Assembly (NCBI RefSeq): GCF_009914755.1
Contig: NC_060937.1
Source: the human T2T-CHM13v2.0 reference genome, Homo sapiens
Length of the DNA stretch: 64,000 bases
Reading direction: 5' to 3' (one strand)
The notes under the pieces were generated by a model. It saw only the letters and a program-made list of their open reading frames with translations, searched no databases and was not told the origin of the DNA. Below are positions 1 to 15,000 of this stretch, one piece after another. Positions within the stretch are counted from its first letter, which is position 1; every line of letters starts with the position of its first letter. Both the position numbers and the translations under genes were made by a program.

Positions 1-3000
1 TACTCCTCTCGATTCAATTCCATTCCACCTCATTCCATTCTTCTGCATTCCACTGCACTCCACTTCACAGCATTCCATTCGATATCACTTGATTCTATTC
101 GATTCCATTGGATGCCATTCGATTCCATTCCATTCGTTTCCATTCCAATCAACTCCATTACGTTTGATTCCATTCTTTCGATTCCATTCCATTCGTGTCC
201 ATGCCATTCCATTCCTTTCCATTCCATTCCATTCCATTCCATTCCATTCGATTCCATTCCCTTGTATTCCATTGCTTTCCAGTCCATTTTATTCGAGTCC
301 ATTCCATTCCATTCAATTTCATTACTTTCAATTCCATTCTGTTAGTTTCAATTCCATCTGAATCCATTCCATTCCGTTCCTATCTACTCCAATCCATTCC
401 ATTCCATTCCAGTCCACGTCATTCAATTCCACTCAATTCCACTCCATTTCAATCCATTCCATTTGATTCCATTTCATTACATTCTATTCCACTCCACTCC
501 ACTGCACTCCACTGCATTCAATTCCATTACTAACAATTCCATTCGATTCCACTTCATTCCACTACACTCCACTCCATTCAATTCCTTTCCACATCATTCG
601 ACTCCACACCGTTCCACTGCCATCCAGTCCCCTTCACTGCACTCCATTCGATTCCATTCATTGCCATTCGATTCCTTTCCATTCGATACCATTCCATTCG
701 TGTCCATTCCATTCCATTACATTTCATTGCATTCCACTCTACTTCACTCCACTCCACACCACTCCAATCCATTCCATTCCATTCCTTTCCACTCCCCTCC
801 ATTCCATTCAATTCCACTCCACTCCACTACAATCCACCTCACTCTACTCCAGTACCTTCTATTATATTACACTCCACGCCACTCTACTCCATTCCATTCC
901 AGTGCATTCCACTCATGTCCACTCCACTCCACTCCATTCAAATCCATTCTTTCTCCTTCCATTCCATTCCACTCCATTCCATTCCACTCTGTTCCATTCC
1001 TTTCAATTCCATTCCACCCCACTGAATTCCACTCCATTCCACTCCACTCCACTTCACCGCATTGCTTTCGATTCCATTCAATGCCATTCGTTTCCATTCA
1101 ATTCCATGCGATGCCATAAATTTCTATTCCTTTCCATTCGAATCCATTCCATTTGATTCCATTCCATTCGTTTCCATTCCATTCGAGTCCACTCCATTCT
1201 ATTCTTTTCCACTCCATTGCATTCCTTTCTATTCCATTCTTTTCAATTCCATTCCATTCCATTGGAATCCATTCCATTTGATTCCATTCCATTGGAGTCC
1301 ATTCCATTCCAGTCCATTCCATTCGATTCCATTCCATTCCATTCGAATCCATTGCACTCGATTCCTTTCCATTCGATTACTTTCCATTCAATTGCTTTGC
1401 ATTTGATTCCATTTCATTCGTGTCCATTACTTTCCAGTCCAATCCTTTCAAGTCCATTTCATTCCAGTCTTTTCCATTTGAATCCATTCCATTCCAGTCC
1501 ATTCCATTACAGTCTATTCCTTTCGAGACCATTCCATTCCATTCCAATCGATTCCATTTCATTTGTGTCCATTCCATCTCAGTCCATTCCATTGCCTTCC
1601 ATTCCATTCTGTTCTACTCCACTCCACTCCATTCAATTCCATTCCAGTCCATTCCATTCCATTCCACTGAATTCAACTCCATTCCATTCTATTCCATTCC
1701 ATTCCATTCCATTGCCTTCCTTTCCACTCCACTTTACTCCACTCCACACTACTCCGTTCAATTCCATTCCTTCCCTTTCCTTTCCATTCCAATACATTAC
1801 ACTCCACTCCATTGAGTTCCGTTACACCCCATTTCATTCCATTGCATTCCACTCCACTTCACTTCACCGCATTGCATTTGAATCTATTTGATGCCATTCG
1901 ATTCCATTCCACTCGATTGCCTTCCATTCAAATCCATTCCAATTGACTCCATTCCATACGATTCCATTCCATTCGAGTCCATTCTATTCGTGTCCATTTC
2001 TTTCCTGTCCATTCCTTTGGATTCCATTCCATTCCACTCCATTCCATTCCATTCCATTCCACTCCACTCCACTCCATTCCATTCCATTTGATTCTATCCC
2101 ACTCCACTCCAATCCACTCCACAGCACTCCATTCCATTCCACTCCACTCCATTCCAGTCCACTCCACTCCACTCAACTCCGGTCCATTCCACTATACTCC
2201 ACTCCACTCCAATCCACTCCACTCCATTGCACTCCATTACATTGCATTCAGTTACATTCCATTCTGTTCAATTCCACTCCCTTCCATTCCATTCCAATCC
2301 ATTCCATTCCATTATAATCCTTTCGAATGATTCCACTCAATTCTATTCCATTGCATTCCATTCCATTCCATTTCACTCCATTCCACTCCACTCCAACCCA
2401 CACTACTCCATTGCATTCCATTCCATTGCATTCCACTCCATTCCACTCCACTCCACTCCTCCCTGTTCCACTCGATTACACTCCACTCCACTCACTCCAC
2501 TCCACTCCACATCACTCCATTCCATTACATTCAATTGCTTTCCACACCACTGCACTTCACACCACTCCACTCCACTCCACTCCATTCCATTCCAGTTCAT
2601 TCCACTCATTGCATTCCATTCCATTCCATTCCGCCCAACTCCACTTCACTCCGGTTTGATCAATTATCTTCTTTCCCATTCCATTCCATTCCATTCTATT
2701 CCATTGCATTCTATGGCAATCCACTCCATTCCACTCCACTCGATTCCACTCCACTCCATTCCTTTCCTTTCCATTGCATTACACTCCACTCCACTCCATT
2801 CAATTCCAGTCCTTCCCATTTCGTTCCATTCAACTCCATTCCACTGCACTCCACTCCACCCCTTTCAATTCCATTCCACCCCATTCCATTCCACTCCATT
2901 CCATTCCTCTCCACTCCATTTAACCACATACCATTAGATTTCTTTTGATGCCATTTTATTCCGTTCTGTTCGATTCCATTGCGTTTGATTCCATTCCATT

Positions 3001-6000
3001 CTACTCCATTTTATTTGATTCAATTCCATTCGATTCCATTCTGTTCAATTCCATTCCTTTGAGTCTATTCTCTTACATTCCATTCTGTTCGATTCCATTC
3101 CATTCCATTCCATTCCGATGGATTCCATTCCATTCAATTCCATTCTGTTCAATTCCATTGCATTCCCTTGCATTACATTCCTTTTGATTCCATTCGATTC
3201 GATTCTGTTCTATTCGATTCCATTCCATTTGAGTCCATTCCATTGCAATGCATTCCATTCGAGTCCATTCCTTTCCAGTCCTCTCCACTCCAGTCCATTC
3301 CATTCGATTATATTCCATTCGATTCGTTTCCATACTATTGCTTACCAATCGATTTTATTCCAATCGATTCCATTTCTTTCAATTCCATTCCTCTCAAGTC
3401 CATTCCTTTTGAGTCCGTTCCATTCGATTCCATTCCATACTATTGCTTACCATTCGATTTTATTCCAATCGATTCCATTCTTTTCAATTCCATTCCTCTC
3501 GAGTCCATTCCTTTTGAGTCCATTCCATTCGATTCCATTCCATTTGAGTCCCTTCCATTCTAGCCCATTACATTCCAGTCCATTCTGTTACAGTCTACTC
3601 CATACAAGTCCATTCCATTCCATTATTTCCATTCCATTCCATTCCATTCCATACCATTCAAAGCCATTCCTTTCGATTCTATTCCAATCGAGTCCCTTCC
3701 ATTTGACTCCATTCCCCTTGAGTCCATTGCATTCCATTCCACTCCAATCCACTCCACTCCATTCCATTCCTCTCCACTCCATTCCATTCCATTCTATTAC
3801 ACTCCACTTCACTACCCTTCACAGCATTCCATTCAATTCATTCAGTGCAATTTGATTCCATTCCATTCGATTCTATTCCAATCGATTCCATTCCATTCAA
3901 TTCCTGTCCATTCGATTCCATTCCATTCAATTCCGTTTTGTTCCATTCCACTACATTTGAGTCAATTCCATTCCATTCCAATCCATTCTATTCCATTCCT
4001 TTCAATTCCATTTCATTCGATTCCATTCTCTTTGGGTGCATTCCTTTCCATTCCATTCCATTCCATTCCATGAGTCCATTCCATTCCCTTCCATTCCTTT
4101 ACAGTCTATTCCATTCTGCTTCATTCCACTCCATTCCACACCAATCCAGTCCATTCCATTCCCTTCCACTCCATTCAAATACACCCCATTTCACTTCATT
4201 CAATTCCATTCCACCGCATTCCATTCCAATCCATTCCACCCCACTCTACTTCCCCGCATTCCATTTGATGCCTTTTGATTTCATTCGATTCCATTCTATG
4301 ACAGTGGATTCCATTCCATTTGATTGCATTCCATTCGATTCCATTCTATTAGAGTCCTTCCTTTCAATACTATTCCATTCGAGTACATACCATTCGAGTC
4401 CATTCCATTGGAGTCCATTCCTTTCCACTCCATTGCATTTAATTCTATTCCATTGTGTTCAATTCCATTCCGTTCGATTGCATTTCATTCCATTCCATTC
4501 CATTCCATTCCATTCCATTCCATTCCATTCCATTCCATTCCTTTCAATTCCATTCCATTGCATTCCATCCCATCCCATTCCATTCCATTCCATTCGAGTG
4601 CATTCCATTCCATTCGATTCCATTCCATTCCAATGCATTTCACTCAATTCCACTCCATTACATTTCATTCGATTCCATTCCACTCCATTCCACTCCAATC
4701 AATTCAATTCCATTCCATTCCACTCCATCCCACTCCACTCCAATTCACTGCATTGCATTTGATACCGTTTGATTCCATTCGATTCCATTCAATGCCATTT
4801 GATTCCATTCCGTTAGATTCCATTCCATTCGACTCCATTACGTTTGATTCCATTCCTTTCATTTCCATTCCATTCGATTCCATGCCATTCCATACCTTTC
4901 CAATCCATTCCATTCCATTTCATTTCATTCTGTTCGGTTCGATTGTATTCCGTTCTATTCCATTGTGTTCCAGTCCATTCCATTTTATTCCATCCCATTC
5001 CGGTCCCTTCGATTCAATTCCATTCTATTTGATTCCATTCCTTTCCATTGCATTCCTTTCGATTCCATTCAATTCAATTCCATTCCCTTCGAGTCCATTA
5101 CATTCGAGTCCAATCAATTCAAATCCATTCTATTCCATTCCATTCCATTCAATATCACTCCATTCTATTCCATTCCATTCCATTTCGTGTGATTCCATTC
5201 CATTCGGGTCCCTTCCATTTGAGTCCATTCCACTCGAGTCCATTCTGTTCCATTCCTCTCTACTCCACTCCTTTCCATTTCTCTCCATTCCACTCCATTG
5301 CATTCCAATCCATTCCATTCCATTCCATTCCATTGCATTCTCTTCAATTCCACTGCATTCCATTCCAATCCCCTCCGCTCCAGTCCAATCCGTTCTATTC
5401 CATTCCTTCCAATTCCATTACATTCCACTCCATTCCACTCCACTCCACTCCATTCAATTCCATTCCACTCCTTTCCACTCTAATCCAATCTGCTTCACCG
5501 CATTCCATTCAATATCATTCAATTCCATTCCATTCAATTTCATTCCATTTGATCCCATTCCATTCGAGTCATTCCATTTGCGTCCATTCCATTTTATTCC
5601 ATTCTATTCTATTCCTCTTCATTCTATTCCATTCCATTCCATTTGATTCAATTCCATTTGAATCCATTCAATTTAATTCGATTTCATTCCATTCCATTCC
5701 ATTGCATTCCAATCCATTGCATTCAATTCCATTCTATCCGATTCCATTCCATTCGAGTCCATTCAAGTCAAGTACATTCCCTTTCAGTCCATTCCATTCG
5801 AATCCATTCCATTCCAGTCCATTCCATTCGAGTCCATTCTATTCCATACTATTCCATTCCATTTCATTACATTCTATTCCATTCCATTGTAGTCCATTCC
5901 ATTAGTCCTTTCGAATCGAGTCCATTCCACTCGATTCCATTCCATTCGCGTCCATTCTACACGAGTCCATTCCATTCGAGTTTATTCCACTCGAGTCCAT

Positions 6001-9000
6001 TCGATTCCACTCCATTCCTTTCCATTCCATTACATTCCACTCCACTCCAATCCATTCCCTTCCCCTCCACTCGTTTCCCTTCCATTGCATTCCATTCCAC
6101 TCCATTCCTCTGCACTCAGTTCAGTTCCATTTTTTCCCATTCCATTTCTTTCCACTGGCTTCCACTCCACTCCACTCCATTCAATTCCATTCAACCCCAT
6201 TCCATTCCAATCCATTCCAGTCAACTCCAATCCAGTTCACCGCATTGTATTCGATTACATTTGATGCCATTCAATTCCATTCCATTTGATTCCATTCCAT
6301 TCGATCCCATTCTATTTGATCCCTTTCCATTCAATCCCATTCCATTCAATTCCATTGCATTCTATTCCATTCCATTTGATTCCATACATTTGAGTCTACT
6401 CCATTGGAGTCCATTCCATTCCATCACATTCCATTCGAATCCATTCCATTCTTTTCCATTCCATTCGAATCTAGTCCATTCCATTCGAGTCCATTCCATT
6501 CCAATTCATTTATTTCCAGTCTATTCCTTTTCATTCCATTCAAGTCCGTTCCATTCTAGTCCATTCCACTTGAGTCCAATTCATTTGAGTTCATTCCTTT
6601 CCATTCTATTCCATTCATCTCCTTTCCATTCGATTCCACTCCGTTCAATTGCTTTCCATTCGATTGCTTTCCACTCGATTCCATTCCATTCGAGTCCATT
6701 CGTTTTGAGTCCATTGCATTGTAGTCCATTCCATTCGAGTCCATTGCTTTCCTGTCCACTACATTCGAGTCAATTCCATATGAGTCTATTCCATTCCATT
6801 TCTTTTCATTCGATATCTTTCCATTCCATTCCATTCCAGTCCATTCCTTTCCATTCCATTCGTTTCCATTCCATTCGATTTCATTTCATTTGATTCCCTT
6901 CGTTTCCATTCCATTCGGTTCCACTCTATTCGATTCCTTTCCATTCGAGTCCATTCCTTTAAATTCCATTCCATTCGAGTCCATTCCATTCCAGATCATT
7001 CCAGTACAGTCCGTTACATTCGAGTCCATTCCATTCGAGTCCATTTCATTCCATTCCATTCCAGTCCAGTCAATTCCCTTCCATTCCACTCCATTCCACT
7101 CCACTCCATTCCATTCCATTCCACTCCATTCCATTCCATTGCTTTCCACTCAACTCCACTCCATTCCACTCCACTCTACTCCACTCCCTTCATTGCATTC
7201 CATTCCCTTCATTCCACTCCTCTCCACTCCACTCCATTCAATTCCGTTCCTTCCCAATCTATTCCATTCTACTCCATTCCATTCCAATCCCCTCCACTCA
7301 GTTCAATTCCAATGCACGCCATTCCATTCCACTCCACTCCATTCCACTTTACCACATTCCATTCAATTCCATTAGATGCCATGCGATTCCATTCCATGCG
7401 ATTCCTTTCGAGGCGATCCAATTCCATTTGATTCTATTCCATTCAAATCCATCCCATTCGATTCCTTTCCATTCCATTTCATTGCATTGCATTCCATTCC
7501 ATTCCATTGCATTCTATTCAACTCTGCTTCATTCCATTCCACTCAACTTCTTTCCATTCCATTCCATTCCATTCCAATGCATTCCACTTCATTCCATTCT
7601 ACTCCACTCCATTTCATTCCAATCGAATCCATTCCATTCCAATGCATTCCACTTCATTGCATTCTACTCCATTCCATTTCATTCCAATCGAATCCATTCC
7701 ATTCCATTCCATTCCATTGCATTTCATTCCATTCCAATCCATTCTATTCCATTCCATTCCATTCCATTCCTCTCCACATCATTCCTTTCCATTCCACTCA
7801 AATCCATGCCATTCCACTCTATTCCACTCTACTCCACTCCTTTCCACTCCACTCCAATCCACTCCACTCCACTATACTCCATTCGGTTTCATTCCTTTCC
7901 ACTCCATTCCATTCCATTCCAGTCCATTCCATTCAATTCGAATCCATTCCATTCTAGTCCATTCATTTCAAATACATTCCACTCATTCCATTAAATTCAA
8001 TTTCATTCCATTATACTCCAATACACTCCACTCCACATCACTCCATTCAATTCCATTCATTCACTTTCCGTTTCATTCCACTCCATTCCACTCCACTCCA
8101 TTCTATTACATTACGCCCCATTCCGTTCCAATCCATTCCACTCGACTCCACCGCACTCCATTCAATTCCATTCGATTTCATTTGATTACATTCCACTTGA
8201 TTGCATTCCATTCAAATCCATGCCATTTGACTCCATTCTGTTTGATTCCATTCCATTCCAGTCCATTCCATTCGGTTCCATTCCTTTCCACTCCTTTCCA
8301 TTCCATTCCATTCCACTTAACTCCACTCCACTCCACTCCCATCCATTCCATTCCACTAAACTCCACTCCACTCCCATCCATTCCATTCTGTCCCACTGCG
8401 ATCCAGTCCACTCCATTCGATTCCAGGCCACTCCATTCCTCTCCACTCCAATTCTCTCAACTCTGTTGCATTCCAATCCACTCCACTCCACCCGACTCCA
8501 CTCCACTCCACTCCATTCCATTGCATTCCATTGCGTAACACTCCATCCCACTCCAATCCACTCCTCTCCGTAGAATTCCATTCCTTCCCATTCCACTCCA
8601 TTCCACTTCATTCTGCTCCACTGTTCTCTACTCTATTCCATTCCATTCTAAACCATTCCATTCGAATCCATTCCTCTCCACTCCACTCCACTTCAAAGCA
8701 TTCCATTTGATTTCTTAGGATACCTTTCGATTCCATTCCATTCAATCCATTCCATTTGATTCCATTCCATTTGATTACTTTCCAATGGATTCCGTTCAAT
8801 TTCTTTCCATTCCATTTGATTCCATTCCATTTGAGTCCATTCCATTCGAGTCTATTCCATTCAATTTCATTCCATTACATTCTATTCCATTCCACTCCAT
8901 TACACTCAACTCCAATCCACTCCGTTCTCTTCCATTCCTACCCGTTCCATTCCATTACATTCCATTAAACTTCACTCCACTCCAGTCCATTGAGTTCCTT

Positions 9001-12000
9001 TTCACCCCATTCCATTCCTCTCCATTGCAATCCAATGCTCTCCCCTTCACTGCATTCCATTTGATTCCAGTCGCTGCAATTCGATTTCATTCCGTTTGAT
9101 TCCATTCCATTCGATTCCATAGCATTTGATTCTATTCCATTTGAGTCAATGCCATTCGAATCCATTCCATTCCAGTCCATTCAATTCCATTGCATTTCAT
9201 TCCATTCCACTCCACTCCACTCGACTTTACTCCACTCCATTCCTTTCCATTACATTCCATTCCCCTCCACTCCACTCCATTCCAATCTATTCCACTCCAC
9301 TCCATTCCAATCCAGTCCACTCCATTCCATTACACTCCACTCCATTCCCCTCCACTTCATTCCATTCCATTCCATTGAACTCGTCTCCACTCCACACCAC
9401 TCCTCTCCACTCCTCTCTGTTCAATTCCATTACTTCCCTTTCCATTCCATTCCATCCCTTCCACTCCACTCCACTCTATTCAACTCCATTCCACCTCATT
9501 CCATTTCACTCCACTCCACTCCACTACACATCATTCCATTCGAATCCGTTCAATGCCATTCGGTTCCATTCCACTCGCTTGCATTCCATTCGAATCCATT
9601 CCATTTGACTCCATTCTGTAAGATTCCATTTCATTCGAGTCCATTCTATTCAAGTCCATTCCTTTGCAGTCCATTCCATTCGATTACATTCCATTCCACT
9701 CTATTCCATTCCATTCCATTCCACTCCACTCAGCTGCACTCCATTCCTTTCCATTCCATTCTTTTGCACTCTGCTGCAGTTCATTCCACTCCACTCCAAT
9801 CCATTCCAGTCCACTCCACTCCAATCAACTCCAATCCATTCCACTCCACTCCACTACACTCCATTTTATTTCATTCCTTTACCTTGCATTTCACTCCACT
9901 GCACTACACTCCACCCCAATCCATTCCATTCCATTCCATTGCATTCAGTTCCCTTCCGTTCCATTGCAATCCCTTCAATTCCATTCCATTCCATTCCATT
10001 CCATTCCATTCCATTCCATTCCATTCCTGTCCAGTCCATTCCACTCCACTCAAATCCACTCCACTCCATTCCACTCCATTCCATTCCCCTCCACTCCATT
10101 CCAATCCACTCCACTCCACTCCACTCCACTGCACATCACTGCATTCCATTCCATTCAATTGCGTTCCACTCAAATCTTCACTCCACTCCACTCCATTCCT
10201 TTAAATTCCATTGCATTCCACTCCACTCCACTCTGTTCAATTCTATTCCTTCCCATTCCATTCCTTTCCAGTCGATTCCACTCCACTCCACTCCTATCCA
10301 TTCAATTCCATTCCACCCCATTCCATTACACTCTATTCCAATTCACTCAACTTCACCGTATTCCATTCGATTCCACTCAATGCTAATCAATTCCTTTCCA
10401 TTCCATTCCATTGCATTTTTTTCCATTCCATTTTATTCCATTCCATTAGATTCTGTCCCATTAGATTGCATTCCAGTTTGATTGCATTCTATTCGAGTGC
10501 ATTCCATTCCATTCCAGTCCTTTCCATTCTGGTGCATTCCATTAGGGTCCATTCCATTTGAGTCCATTCCTTTCAATTCCATTCCATTCCATTCCATTTC
10601 CTTGGCTTCCATTCCCTTCCTTTCCATTCCATTTCATTCCACTCCACCCAAATCCACTACGCTATATTCCTTTCGACTCCATTCCACTGCATTCCATTCC
10701 TTTCCATTCCATTGCATTCCATTCCATTCCACTCAACTCCACTTCAGTCCAATTTGTTCAATTCCATTCCTTCCCATTCCATTCTATTCCATTCCTTTAC
10801 TTTTCATATCATTCCACTCCTTTCCACTCCATTCCATTCCATTCCATACCATTCCATTCCATTCCATTCCATTCCATTCCATTCAATTCCATTCCATTCC
10901 ACTCAACTCCACTTCACTCCAATTTGTTCAATTCCATTCCTTCCCATTCCATTCTATTCCATTCCTTTACTTTTCATATCATTCCACTCCTTTCCACTCC
11001 GTTCCGTTCCATTTCATACCATTCCATTCCATTCCATTCCACTCAACTCCACTTCACAACAATTTGTTCAATTCCATTCCTTCCCATTCCATTCTATTCC
11101 ATTAAGTTCCTTTCCATGTCTTTCCACTCCTATCCACTGCATTCCTTTCCATTGCATTCCATTCCTTTCCATTCAACTGCATTCCCGTTGAATCCTCTCC
11201 ACTCCGCACAATTCCATTCCATTCAATTCCATTCCATGCCATTCCACTCAACTCCAATCCACTCAACACCATTCCATTCCATTCTATTCTATTCCATTCC
11301 ATTCCATTCCATGCCATTACACGCCATTCAACTCCACTCTACTCCTCTCCAATCCATTCCATTGCATTACAATCCACTCCAATCCACTCCACTCCTTTCA
11401 ATTCCATTCCTTCCCATTCCATTCCATTCGACTCCATTATACTCCACTCTACTCCACCACATTCAATTCCATTCCACTTCATTCCATTCCACTCCATTCC
11501 ATTCCACTTCACTCCACATAACTGCATTCCATTCGATTTCATTCGAAGCCATTTCATTCCATTCCATTCCATTCCCTTCTATTGCATTCTCTTCGATTAA
11601 ATTCCTTTTGATTCCATTCCATTCGATTCCATTCCTTTCAATTCCATTCCATTCAATTCCATTTCATTCAATTTCAGTCCATTCAATTCCATTCCATTCT
11701 ATTCCATTACATTCAATTCCATTCCTTTCGATTCCATTCCATTCAACTCCATTCAATTCCATTCCATTCCATTCCATTCAAGTCCATTTCATTCAAGTCC
11801 TGTCCATTCCATTCCTCTCCATTCCACTCCACTCCACTCAGTTAAATTCCAATCCTTCCCATTCCATTCCATTCCACCCCATTCCACTCCACTCCACTCC
11901 ATTCAATTCCATTCCAGGACATTCCATTCCATTCCATCCCCCTCCACTCCACTTCACCACATTCCACTCGATCCCATTCGATGCCTGTCAATTCCCATCC

Positions 12001-15000
12001 TTTTTATTCTATTCCATTCCATTCCACTGCATTCCATTCCATTCCAGTCCTGTCCATTCTATTCAAGTCCATTCAATTCCAGCTCATTCCACTCCATTGC
12101 ATTCACCTCCACTCCACTTCACTGCACTCCTCTCCACTCCATTCCATTGCATTCCAATCCACTCTGTTCAGGTCCATTCCTTCTCATTCCATTCCATTCC
12201 ACTCCATTACCTTCCACTCCACTCCATTCTGTTCCATCCCACCCCATTCCATTCCACTCTGTTCAACACCAATCCACTCCACTTCTACGAATTCCATTCG
12301 ATTCCAATCGTTTCCTTTCTACTCCATTTGATTCAATTCCATTCAATTCCATTCCATTCGAGTCCATTCCATTCGAGTGCATTCCATTCCGTTCCATTCC
12401 ATTCCAGTCCTTTCCATTTTAGTCCGATCCACTCCACTCCATTCCACTCCATTCAGATCTATTCCTTCCCATTCCATTCCATTTCACTCCACTGAACTCC
12501 ACTCCACTCCACTCCATTCAATTCCACTCCACCCATTCCATTCCTCTCCATTCCACTCCACTCCACTTCAATGCATTCAGTTTGATTTCATTCGATGCCG
12601 TTCTTTTCCATGCCATTCAATTCCGTTGCATTCGATTCCATTCCATTCAAATCCATTACTTTAGAGTTCATTCCATTTAAGTACATTCCGTTCGATTCCA
12701 TTCCATTCCATTCCATTTCATTCCATTCCAATCCAATCCATTTCATTCTATTCCATACGACTCCTTTCCATTCGAGTTCATTCCATTCCAGTCCATTCCA
12801 TTCGAGCCATTCCAAAGCTTTCCATTTCATTCCATTGCATTCAATTCCATTACATTCCACTCCAGTCCACTCCACTCCATTCCATTCCATTCCACTTCTC
12901 TCCCTTCTATTCCACTCCCTTCCACTCAATTCCACTCCTTTCAATTCCATTCCATTGCATTCCATTCAATTCCTGTCCAGTCCATTCCAGTCCTTTCCAT
13001 TCCATTGCATTCAATTCCACTACACTCGTCTACACTCCACTACTTTCCATAGCATTCCACTCCAATCCATTCGAATCCACTCCACTGCACTAGAATCCAC
13101 TCCATTGAACTCCACTCCTCTCCACTCCACTCCACTCCATTCCATTCCACTCTACTCCGCTATATTCCAATCCATTCCACTTCACTCAAATCCACTCCAT
13201 TCCACTCCAATCCACTCCGTTCCACTTCATTCCACTCCACTCCAATCCACTCTACTCCAATTCAGTAGATTCCATTTCACTCCACTCCACTCCATTCCAC
13301 TCCAGTCCACTACATTCCAATCCATTCCATTCCACTCCACTCAAATCAACTCCACTCCACACCATTCCATTCCAATCCGCATCTTTCACTCCACTCCACT
13401 CCAGTCCACTCCACTTTATTCCATTAAAATCCACTCCATTGCAATCCACTCCAGTCCACTCCATTTCACTCCACTCCACTCCTTTCCACTCCACTCCAAA
13501 CACTCCTGTTTTAAACTCCATTCCACTCCACTTTATTATATTCCATTCCACTCGATTCCACTCCACTCCACTCCTCTCCATTCCACTCCATTTCACTCCA
13601 CTCCACTCCATTCAATTCCATTCCACCCCATTAAATTCCTCTCCGTTCCATTCCACCCCACTCTACTTGACAGCATTCCATTCACTTCCATTTGATGCCA
13701 TTTGATTCCACTCCATTTGATTCCATTCCTTATGAGTCCATTCCATTCACTTCCATTGCATTCCATTCAATTCCTTTCCACTCCAGTGCATTCTATTCCA
13801 ATCCACTCCACTCCACTACCCTGCAGTCAACTCCATTTCACTCCACTACATTCCGTTCAATGCCATTCCTTCCCATTCCTTTACATTTCGCTACATTCCA
13901 CTCCACTCCACTACACTCCATTCAATTCCATTCCACCCCATTCCATTCCACTCCACTCCACTCTACTCCACTTCTCCGCGTTCCATTTGATTCTATTTGA
14001 TGTGATTTGTTTCCATTCTTTTCGATTCCATTCCATTCGATTCCATTTCTTTCTATTCCATTCCATTCCTGTCCCTTCAATTCGATTCCAGGCCATTCGA
14101 TTCCATTCATTTCGATTCTATTCCATTCGATTCCATTCCTTTCGATTCCATTCCATTCCCGTCAGTTCAGTTCGATTCCACTCCTTTCGTTTCCATTCTA
14201 TTCGAGTCCATTCCATTCCAGTCCATTCTATTAGAGTCCCTTCCATTCGAGTTCATTCCATTCCATTCCATTCCATTCCAGTCCATGCCTTTTGAGTCAA
14301 TTCCATTCGATTACATTGCATTCCAGTCCATTCTTTTCGAGTCCATTCCATTCCAGTCCATTCCATTCCATTCCATTCGAGTCCATTCCTTTTGAGTCAA
14401 TTCCATTTAAGTACATTACATTCCATTCCATTCTGTTCGAGTCCATTCCATTCCGTTCCATTCCATTCCATTCAATACCATTCCATTCGATTCCATTACA
14501 TTTGATTCCATACCTTTCGAGTACATTCCATTCGAGTTCATTCTATTCCATTCCAGTCCATTCCACTCCACTCCACTCCGTTCAATTCCATTTCTTCCCA
14601 TTCCATTCCATTCCATTCCACTCCATTCCAATCCAGTCCACTACACTCCATTCATTTACATTCCACTCCATTTCTTTCCATTCCATTCCACTCCACTCCA
14701 CTTCACCACATTCCATTTGATTTCATTTGATGCCATTTGATTCCATTCCTTTCGATTATATTCCTTTTGATTGCATTCCATTCCATTCCATCCCATTCCA
14801 TTCCATTCCTTTCCACTTCATTCCATTCCATCCATTCAATTCCATTCAATTCCATTCCATTAAATTGCATTCGATTACATTCCATTCCATTCAAATCCAT
14901 TCCGTTCGATTCCATTCAATTCCATTCCATTCCATTCCTTCCCATTCAATTTGATTCCAATCCATTCGCGTCCATTCCGTTCGATTCCATGCCATTCGTT

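Noticed and set aside
13990-14290. CATTCGATTC-rich tract as an HSat2 island
   Set aside because: It lacks the CGATGAT/23-26-bp HSat2 unit and is just an extended CpG-rich domain of the HSat3 module.
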